64,000 nucleotides of DNA from Yuukianura sp. NJ FZ-2021 (lineage: Eukaryota): assembly GCA_046563655.1 (NCBI GenBank), contig CM102290.1, positions 5,208,001 through 5,272,000 on the forward strand, written 5' to 3'. This document shows, one piece after another, positions 39,629-50,400 of the stretch (the first letter of the stretch is position 1; every line of letters begins with the position of its first letter). The position numbers and the translations under genes were made by a program. The notes beneath the pieces are model-generated. The model was not told where the DNA came from. It made no database searches and was given only the letters and a program-made list of their open reading frames with translations.

Positions 39629-40751
39629 AATAATAAATTAAAATTGAAAAAATTTAATAAATTTAATAAAATTTAAAATTAATTTAAAATTAAAAATAAA
39701 TCTTAGTTACGAAAGTATTTCAAAAAATCGAACAAATTCTGAAAATGAAATAATAATATTTTGTTGGTGGGTGGAAGAAATTGAGCCACCCTTACCCCAG
39801 ATGACGTAATTTTTGAACAGTTCTTCCCAGCTACTTTTTTGGAGCGAAGTTCAGTGCCTGTTGTGAAGCCATTATCCTTATGATTCCTAGGAGACTTGGA
39901 AGCGCTTGGGCGATTAAATGGAACTTATTGCCTCTTCCAGCCCAACTTCCGCTCAGAAGCGACGAACGCTGCCAGTCTTATTATCCCATTTTCCGCTTCC
40001 TTAACCATTTTTATCACCCGCTCTTTATCACCTTGAATTATTACAAACCACAAAAGCTTTCACTCCGCTTTCCCTCCTCCTCATAATGACATCATCACCC
40101 TCCTCCTCCACATAATGACATCCTCCTCCTCCTCCTCAAAATTACAAGCTCTACAACATCACTGTCTCTGTATCATTTTTTTTAATTTTTACCATTTTAT
40201 GCTTTTTTTAAAACAATTTTCTGATTTTTTTAAGAGAGACTATAGAGGGTAGTACAGTGTTTCAATTTTTAACGTTTTTTTTTAATTAACAAAAACAATT
40301 CTGGATGACGGTAATTACTGACCTTTTAAAACTTCTTCAAAAACAGACATCAAAAATTCCCTCTTTAACAACTTGTTCAAAAACGGCTTAACTTTAAAAA
40401 CTGTTTTAAGTTAATAACAACGATGAAAAAATAAGTAAAAGTGTCCTCGGACTCCACAAACTTTTAACTTTTTAAGAGATGAACAACCAGTTTTTAGAGG
40501 TGTTTCAAAATTTTTTAGAAAGTGTACAAAACGAAATAAAGATTTGGCACTCTCTGGAGATGGCCATCACCTTTTTGGAATTTAGACAATTAACAGTTAC
40601 TTAATCAACATGTTCTCACCAAAATTTTAAAGTTCCACGCCATTTCCTAATTTTAGGTTCCATTCATGCAGCACCCGCCTTCAAAAACAGCGTCCACTTA
40701 CTAAGGATTCCTGAAAATATTCCAGTTTGCATGTTAGGTTGGACTCAACCT

Positions 40752-40826
40752 AAACGACAACAATGTTACCACAAACGACAACAATGTTGCCACAAACGAC
40801 AACAATGTTACCACAAACGACAACAA
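40752..40826. repeat. 21-bp tandem repeat (aaacgacaacaatgttaccac) x~3.5
   Basis: Directly visible, in the 3' UTR region of the FAM193-like gene. Confidence 0.85.
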
Positions 40827-40955
40827 TTTTTTGATCTGTTGGGGGGCCCTTACTACAGGGCTCTTGCCTTACCTCGTAAACTAAAGTAACAAAATCTGTA
40901 CAAATCAATACAACAAAGAGACGTTTTCAGTGATGTGACGACGTTTTTAGTGTTT

Positions 40956-43900
40956 TCACCAGTGCTCAAACTCCGAAGTACAGCCGAAGAGGGAGTACTG
41001 CGGGCCAGAGGGTGGGGCTGGAATGCTTGGTGGCTCAAACTTCGGCGCTCTCGGTGGCACTGGAACGCTGGAAGTCGGCTGGTGCACTGGAACGCTGGAA
41101 GTCGGCTGGTTGTGGTAGTTGTACATTGGAGGCCGCAGACCTCCGTCCAGCGCTGACGAGAATTCGGAACTCTTCGGAGCAGTCGTCAGATGACCGAATC
41201 CGTTCCCGACTTTGGGATGTTGTTGTTGCAGAGTTGAATTGTACTGGGAAGGTTGTTGCTGTAGGTTACCGGTAGTTGTTAGATTTGGACGTTGCGTAGA
41301 CTGCGACGGTGCTGTCCAGCATTTGTCTTTGAAGGCCATTTCTTTCTGAGCAGCTCCATTCTTGAGTTCCATAGCAAGCTGGAACGTCGTCATGCCAGGA
41401 TTGAATGACGTTGGATATGATACTTGGATGGAAGGTCCAGTTTTGAAGTAATTTGATGCATTAGTCACTTCTGGTTTCGGCGGTGGCAGACGATTGAAGT
41501 TTGCAAATGACGAAGTGCTCGATTGACCTTGACCTGTCATCATTGGATAAGAAGTGACAGGAACCTCTGGTGGACGTGTCGTTCTGGTGAAGGAATGAGT
41601 ATTTTGTGGCTTGACTGATGCTGGCATGGTTCCGTTTCCTTGGAAATCAAATTTTGGAGGTTGATCATTGGAGTCAAAGTCAAGCCGAAGAGAAGATGAA
41701 CTAGTACTTGTGAAACCGGGCGGAGTCTGCACATGAGGACGTCCATCAAAAGGTGTCGTACATGGCCGAGGACCTGCGCCTTGATCAAATGCCCAAGGAT
41801 TCTTCCAAAGTCCAGTACTTTGTCCAAGCGAAAAGAGAGTGTAGCTGCTATCAGCTGACGCCGAAGTCTCTCCAGATTCAAATCCATTGACTTGCGTACT
41901 GGTAGCTTCAACTTGACGTGGAACTGAGCTCCACATGTTGTACTCCATATCTGAAACCTTGGAAGTTGACGGCTTTTGGTGCTGCTCTGCTTTCAGTTGT
42001 GTACTTTTCTCCATAGCATGATTGATTGGCTGCTCGTTATGAAGATACATCGGGACAGAATACTCTTGAGATGATGCTGAGGGCGGAATATCTTTGGGAA
42101 TGACGACAACTTCCAAGTCTCGTGCAACTTTGTGGTGAATACCGGAAACAACGTCGGCCATCTTCACTGGATTCAGAGGCGTGATTTTGAGAAGTGGACG
42201 CGGAGAGTCAGAAAATGCTGGTGAAGGAGCATTTGGAAAGTGAGTAGTACTCGGAGAGGTACGCGGAAGATAAGAAACTTGTGGATCTCGTGTGATTTTT
42301 ACATAGTTGCGTGGCGGATTTCCGTCGGATGACTTCCTGGTACTGTCTCTACTGTCTCCGCGTTGATCTTTCTTCCCTTTGTATTTGTCTCCTTTACGAC
42401 CACTGTCGCTGCCCTTTCCTGAGCCAGAATTTCGACGTCGATCGGAATTTGAATTTGAGGAGGCAGACTTCAATCCAGCATCAGACCCGCGCTTTCCGTT
42501 CCCGTTTTTACTGTTTGTTGCATTTGGTGTTTGCTCGCGTGAAACAGGCCGCTCTTTGCTCCCATTTCCTTCTGTTTCATCACATTTGTTTGCCTTGCTG
42601 CGTTTTCGCTTCTCTTTATTAGACAACACCTATAATCAGAAAAAAAAAAATAGAACACTCAAAAAAAAATTAGAAAACTCAAAAAAACTTCGAAATTCGA
42701 AAAACTTCGAAACTATTGAGTGACACATCACTTACCGTTTCGAATTCCGAAACTCGTCGATTTCCGTAGAACAAGTAATCGTCGCTGTTATATTCCTCTT
42801 CATCCCGGTCGTCACAGTCAGGATTCATCACGATCATGTTGCTGTCAATGTTGTAGTGTCCAGCTCCAGGCGGCGGCATTGGGACACAATGATCTGTTCA
42901 ACATACAAAAAATTAAACTCAATCGTTAAGGAACATGAGTTAAGAGTAAAATTATGACTTACCTGGTTGTTGTCCAGTCACAGGTTGATTCACTTTGGTG
43001 ATTGTTATGCCAGGAGGTAGCTTGAGCGTTGACAAGTCAATCTCGGTAGAGTCAAGCTCAGAGAAAATCGAAAACGGTTTTCCCGTGCAGCGATTATTGC
43101 CAGACGAGTGACATGGAGAAGAATGAGGACCGTTTGGAATGATTGGTGTGAAGCAGGCAGCATCAGTACGTAATGTCGGAGTTGAAGGTACGGTGACGTT
43201 AGTACCGGAACCGAACCAATCGGAATCATGTTTTCTCAGTGTCGACTCCGTATGAAGACGGTCGTGGTCCTTATCCACAGCAGACTTGGTCACTTCGGTA
43301 AGAATGTCAGCGTTCTTGGACTTCTTTCCTTTACTTTTCCCTTGAGAAGACAAATCAGTTTTGGGCAGATCTTTCGAATCTGTGTAAACTAAAAAAAGAA
43401 AAAAAAACTATTGACTTGTCGGAGTGATTTTTATTAAGTACAATGCCCTTTACCTTGTCCGTTTACCAAAGTGTACAGCAAGTCTTCGTCACCAGTTTCG
43501 CTCTTAACGCTGATCGTCACAGTTGTATCCGGCGCCGTGGAATGTCTCCGGATCGTTACCATGTCAGACCTAGGTTTCGGTTCTTCTCGGACCGGACTGA
43601 ATTCCGGTTGGCGGGAAGTACCGGGTTGATCAGAGGTCGTCGGTTCGACAGTCTTACTTGCCTTCTTATTTTGTCGCTGTTTCCGCTTCTTCTCACGTTT
43701 CTTTCGAAGCAGTTCTTCATGAGCTTCCTCCTCGGCATCAATTCTCGCCTGTTCTATTACCCGTAGACGCTCCTCCTCTGCTCTTTGTGCTGCCTCTTCC
43801 TCCAGTCGCTGCAATTTCAAAAAATGGTTATGAAATTGTGACAATTGATTCATAAACGTTTTGGATAACCATAAAAACGTACCTTCTTCTCTCTTTGTCT

Positions 43901-44396
43901 TTCTTTTTTCAGTTTCTTCGCACATTTGGCAGCTTCTGAGGACTGGGCCTTGGATTTGGGAAGATGAGTGCCTTCGATGAGGCTGACCAGCTCATCGACG
44001 TCATCCGTCGGCAGGGGGACCGTGTTCGTTGTCACCACCTCCGGCACCTTCTTCTGCAAAAAACGACAAAACAACGTTTTAGAATAATAACGATTCCTTA
44101 GATAAGATTCTTAGCCCAGTGCTTAATAAGTAGAATTTCACAAAAAACTATTGACCGTTGAGGCCATGCCAATCCAACCAATCCCAACTCACGTACTATA
44201 CTCATTTCAACCAATCAGAATTCACCTTTCCGAGGGAGCACCGATGATTATATCGTGCCACTAAGGCCTTGGCCTCTCGCAATGTTTGTTGGATGAGGCT
44301 TGGGTTGTCCCTTAAGGTCTGAATTGCCTCTTGAACAACTTCAGCCTCATTTTCCCCCTCCCGAACCTGGCAGTATTTCTCTAAGAACGCCGCCAT
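40956..44396 (-). CDS. FAM193-like largely disordered protein with coiled coil (6 exons, ~1000 aa)
   Basis: Six exons join in frame with GT-AG sites. Motifs DDVDELVSLIEG...KCAKKLKKERQREKKRLEEE, MVTIRR...TVTISVK...LLYTLVNGQ and LKLPPGITITKV resemble arthropod FAM193 proteins as recalled. The gene is well supported; the family call is less certain. Confidence 0.6.
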
Positions 44397-47300
44397 GTCC
44401 TCAATTTACTTACTAGATTCCTCCAGAGCCAGAGTTTGGCCGGAAGGAGAGAGATACTCGGACTAGTTGGCTTATACGTGATTAATGCTTTTTGGGTAAA
44501 AATCAGTACTATCTTTGTAGAAGGTGACAATAACAGGTTCACAATCGGTAATTAATCAGACCAAACAATTAAAACGGAGTCAATGAGTCAAAGTTAAACA
44601 ATTAAACAAAAACACTGTCCTGTGCCTCGTGGGCGTAGTACTGCCGGTCACAGGTCAAGTACTATGCAAAAACTTTGGAGTTGGAGCTAAAGAGGGGGCG
44701 ACCGGTACGTTACTCAATGTAATGCTAATGCGGGACTTTAAAATTTTAGAACACCGAATCACGTGATACTAGGACTAGAAGAGGAGTGCGCCAAAAACTC
44801 CAATTCAAATTCCCAAATCTCTTTGTAATTTTCGTTGTCTTCGAATTATTGCCCAACTTTGACTCCACAACAAGAAGCAAAAGTTGATCGGTGTCAAAGG
44901 TCAACTTTTCCTTCTTAAAAATGTGACTAACGACGTTAACTGACTGAATAACGACGGAAAAACGTCACTTTTTAACGGTACCTTTCGGAAATACCCCGGT
45001 ATGGAATAAGTCAGTCCGGAATAGCAGTAGGCAACAAAGACTTGAGTGTTCCGACCAAACATTATGAACAATGTTATGCTGATGTTACTTTACGTTTAAC
45101 AAGATTACAGAAATTTAAAATTTTAGAACGGAGGACTGACTATGACTACTTGAAGACTAAAGTTTTTCGTGACGACGGCAGTAACGTTACGAATACGTGG
45201 GCAAGCAAGTAGTTTCGGAAACATGATAAACGTAAACAGAAAACATGACAGTTGTTCTGGTTGCCATAACAAAAATGTTACGTAAAGCGTAACGTACAGC
45301 AATTTCTTGATTTTCAACAAACTCTTCCATGACGTTTCCATGTTCCCGAAATTACTTCCCTGGAAAACAAAAAATATAAAAAGGTAATGTGCAAAAACAT
45401 AAATTGACAGTCGTCTTTCTTGGTACACGACAAATGATACAATGTTTACATGTTGTGGACAAGTTCAAAATGTTGACAATGGACCATAAATGGTGGCATC
45501 TGATATTTACTCTTTACCATGACCTGGAACTTCCTTAATAATGACATCCTCATTGTCCCATAAGCACAGTTTTGTATATTGCATAAACCTCGTGAGTCAA
45601 CTGCCAAAACTGCTAAGGTTAACGTGAGCAACAATGAATTAAGTCATGCTAAACCAATCAAAACATGTCAAAAAAGTTAATTAAAACTTCCAAATTACTG
45701 TTATAATTGACATAGCTTACTTTGAGTATCCGGTCTCGTCTTCTTTTGAAGTGACAGCACTTGCATCCCTCTGTCTCCGGGTACATGGCCATGAGGACAC
45801 TCCGAGAGTAACAGCAGGCCATTGTTACTCTTGCCAATCGACAAGGACGTAAGTTGGTGACAACGTACTTAAGTGGTAGTTTGTTATGATGCTAATTAGT
45901 AATTGGAAATCAAACCAAAACTTCAATCTTTGTTTAGATTTGTCCAAGTGACAATGCAAATAAAAGAGGGAGACGGTTACTTTGCAGACTTGGACAGGTG
46001 ATGGTGGCGGTGACGGATACTTTGCAGTTGAGTGTCAACAGTGGAATACTTTGTAGAGTCCAACAGAAGTTGAGTGGAGATGAACTAATTGCATTAATTA
46101 ACTAAAGTTGAAGTTGAATTTACAGATTTAGCGAGTCGTTGATTGTGAGCCTCCTATAAACTTTTGAATCCGAGGAGCCAAGTGGATTTTCTCAATTTTC
46201 TCTTTACCCCTTTCCTTTTGAAGGCTCCAAACCATTTTTCATAAGGGTTGGACAATAACATTAACTTTACTGTTCACTTTGATTAATTAAATTCTTAACG
46301 TTAATTGTAATTAAAACTAACCGATCACTTAGTTAGTACGCGCAGTCTTCCTACAACTTCCCACTGCTCCAGTTTAAATTTTACTTTTACCAGGTGATCA
46401 CTGCCAATACTTAGAAGCCTAATGTTCCATAAAAATTTGATCTGTACATAAATTGTGTAATTATGTATTACGTTAATGTAATTTGCAATGTTAATGTAAT
46501 TACTATGTAATTGCGAAAAAAGTTGAACGTGAAAATTTGGGAAAAACAATGCCCTAAATTCTTGTTTTATTTTTTAAAGACCGTACCTATTAACATTCTA
46601 TTTATTTTGCTAATTTACTAGTATTTTGTAGACCTAAAATTTCATCTACTTTTGAATGCCATCGTCAACGTTTCGCAATCATCAAAATTTTAGAATATTT
46701 TCCTGCAACTTAATTGATATTGAAGTTTTTAAATTTCCAAATGATTTATGACCACCGAGAACTCCAGTTTGTGCAAGAGTTTCAATTGCTCTTAAAAATG
46801 AAGCCAAGAACAACGTTAATTTGACAAACCAAAGAAAAAATGCTGATTTTAAAAAAATTGGCAATGTGCAAAGACGCATAATTCTGATTATTGTTTTGAG
46901 CAAGTTAGAAACCAAATTAGATTAGTTAGTTAGGTTCACACTTAGCTTAGCCAAGCTAACTTTTCAGTGTTTTCCGTACTAAAAAGATGACGGTTGATGT
47001 TAACAGTTGATATTTAAACAATATGTCTTTAATTTCGTCAATTTAACAATATAATAATGAGTATGGTAACATCAAGAATGAAACTCATTTTGACAAAAAA
47101 GTTGAACAGTTTTAATGACAATACATTTGAAACATGATAACACTTTTAAACACAATCACAAAGTTAAGTTAGCTTTTTACAATAAAGTTGGATTTGTTTA
47201 TACTTTAACAACTTTTTTGAAACTGTGAGAAGAAATTGTAGAAGTGTTTTGGTTAGACTTAAGGTCAAAGGTCACGAAGCATTTTGTTTTTGTTTACACT

Positions 47301-47469
47301 TAAATCCAAAATGTTTTTGTTTTGATCCGCCAAGTTGTACAAGTCGAGCCATTTAAAGGTCAAGCACCAAATCGTAACATTCCCACGCTTTAAAATTTTG
47401 AAGTGTTAACTTAAAAATCTCGTTTTTTCAAAATTTTAAAATTTGATCCTAAAATTTTCTCTTTTTTTT

Positions 47470-50400
47470 TCAGAGCACCGTGGCGGTGTGGACCTTGTGT
47501 TGATCCGATTCGACCGTGACTGTGAGTTGATGCGAGTTCCGCACTCGACCGGCGCCTTGTTGTTGTTGAATCGGTGGAGACGGAAGTGGAACAGCCTCGG
47601 TCACTTCAAAATTGTCATGCTCAAAGGTCACACCGTGACTGTGACCTTGACCTTCAAAGGTCACGGCGTGACCTGGTCCACTGCCGTTTCGTTTGTTTCT
47701 GGCCCGCGGTCCAGCGACGACGGCGCGACGCTGTTGACATGCGTGGTTGTGGTTTGGTTCAGCTCCATTCCGACGCTGATTCCGGACATCATGGAAACGG
47801 TATGAACCTCGTATCTGGAACACAATTTTTTCAAAACACAACACAAAAAGTACAATTTTGAATTTCTTAAAACATTTTGAAAAACAATGTTGTAAACAAG
47901 AAAATAGTATTTTCTTCAACAGGTTAGGCAATAACTCGAACTTTTTAAATTTTAAGTGTTTAAAAAATTAGCAAAACTTGGTTCACCGTGCCTTCTTATA
48001 TGGCAATGATTTACATGCAATCAAATGGGATTGGAGGAAAAAAATATCTGGGGCGAGATTTTTCAAAAAAACAGGACTTCCTCCCGAACCTGTTAAAGAA
48101 TAACGATTTCGTTGCTTTATGAACCTTGGTGAAAATACTTACTTTACTTCTGTCATAATCCGAAACTTCGGAGCACGGAGATCCCGCTCTGCTTCGAAAA
48201 CAAAAGTTCATACAGCGCAGTCGTGCTCGAAATTCTCTTTGAAATTTGTCCTGTAAAAAAAATTAAAAGAAGTAATTTTCAAAATAACTTTTTTTAATCA
48301 TACATTACAAAAAAGAAGCCTATGAAAAGTAGGTGGGCAGATTTAGGAAATCAAAGCTGGAGAAAAGTCATACAAACTTTTCAATTATTTTTTTTTGAAA
48401 AGTTTTATTGATAAATTCGCCTGCTCACATTGAATTTCCGCAACAAAAGAAGTTTTTATTAGTAGAAGAAGCGTTTAGAAAAGCGGATTTCATTTTTCAT
48501 TTTTCCAGCATCGCTGCTGCTACCATGGAAATTTTCTTTTGAAGGTGATTATAACTCGTGTCACCCTTGGCAACACGCAGACTTATTGCTTTTGACCAAC
48601 GTTTTTGAATTGTGTCCAAAACTCCTACGCTTAATTCCCCTTTCTAACATTAAGGTATTAGGTTTTATGTTATTAAAGATGAACAAAAGTGTCCTTTGTT
48701 CTGTCTGGAAGCGGATTAACACGATAGCACTCACACAACAACGCTTTTGATCTCGGTAATTCGATCAACAAAGAGCTTTTAAAAAAATCATTTAGAAACG
48801 TGAAAGGAGTGAATCAGCTTGTGGTTGGTCAATCTTTTCAAACAATGTGACCTTTTGACCTCAAAACTCTCTTAAAAGATTGACTTTTGAGTACTTTTTG
48901 GAAATTTTTCAAATTGGTTTTACGCCTCACTTCACTTCCGTTTTTGAGAAACGAAGTTTTGTGAGGCCCCACTTTTTCGAGGAACTGAATTTTGGAAAAT
49001 CATTGTTCCAAAGGATAATGAAAGTTGGAGGATTTTGAAATGTTGGAAATTTTGAAATTCACATTGATTGAACTCGACAGCACCAAAGTAAGATTTAGTA
49101 CTGCGCTGGTTCAAACTTCCGTAAACTCTGCATTTGGTAACCACAGCGGGACATTTTGAACAGAAAATGATCATGAGAAGTCATAAAATGCGCCATCGCA
49201 CAATTTCTGCATCCATTTTTCGTGACTGTTTTTTGAAATGAGGCAAATTCTAGGTCACTTTTTTTAAATAAAAAAAAAGAGAGATTTTGAATTGAGCTGT
49301 TTTGAAAAAGCACGTTTCGGTCAAAGTGGATCTACAAATCGTTTCACAAAAGCAAATTATGCCGTTGAGACGAAGAAGCATCTATATCGTTGCCAAAGAA
49401 AAATTATTGTTTAATATTTTCAGACAAAACAAAAATACAGGATATGGGAATATATTGTCTGTCTGTCTGTCTGATTTTGGAAAAACGGAAGAGAAATGCA
49501 AAGTAATACACTTGAACTTCTTTATTTCGAACTAACTTAAGAGAGATTTGACACTATAAAAGGTTCCGATAATAGGAAGCATGCTGGGGACTTAAATACT
49601 GTAATAACTTAGAAATATCGTCTAGTTTCGCTTGGGCTAACGGCAAAGTGTTATTGTAGGCTTCACGGAGCCGGTTTGCATTGAAATTCCGGAGTCTCCC
49701 TCTACCCACAAGAGTGATTGTATGGCGCTCCCATACTCCCTAAATAAATTAAAAAATGTTAAATTTAAAAAGTACTAATGCATGCACATGCAAGTTTTTT
49801 AAATTACCATTCCGTGAGAAATTCTTGAAAAAATTTTATCCAGATTGTCGACATCGTAGTGAAACCAAAGGGATTTTGTCACCTGTAGCGTTCTTGGGCG
49901 TCGATACAAACTGCTTTGATACATAAAGTCCTTGAACATCGTTTGACGCATTTCTACATATTCAAAGGGATTTTCATTTCGGGAATTCTCCACCACCAAC
50001 TTGATGTCGGAAGGAACCGACACTGTTGACCTTCGAAGCACTTTTTCCATGAGACCAAAGTCCCTGTCACAATGGTTGTAGGAGTGACCCGTGACGAAAA
50101 GTTTCTGATTGACCTTGGTAAAAAAGTTAGCGCGAACTAGCAAAGTCAGTGCTGTCAACAGCATGAAATTATTGTTTTGTCCAGTACACCGGTCATTCCA
50201 AATCACGAGCTCCCTCTGTTCCCCTTGCCGTAAAACTCGAAATCGCGTGGTACAGTAGTTCCAAAGGCAACTCGCGACTTCATTTGACCCCCTGTGCGCA
50301 ATGGATTCGTTCCAAACGTGCATTGTTCCAGAATTGTCCGATGAGTTATGGAGTCCAAAGTTGTAATTTGACAGCTTCCTTAAGTAGAACGCGCTACTAT

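Noticed and set aside
40935..43855. Antisense and alternate-frame ORFs overlapping the FAM193-like exons (similar ones overlap TMEM8, SLC7 and Hmx)
   Set aside because: Shadow ORFs of GC-richer coding exons with no independent support.
47661..47855. Alternative reading frame for the last Lkr exon (YEVHTVSMM...)
   Set aside because: It needs a phase-2 donor; the gtaagt donor at 48142 is phase 0 and selects the IRGSYRF... frame.
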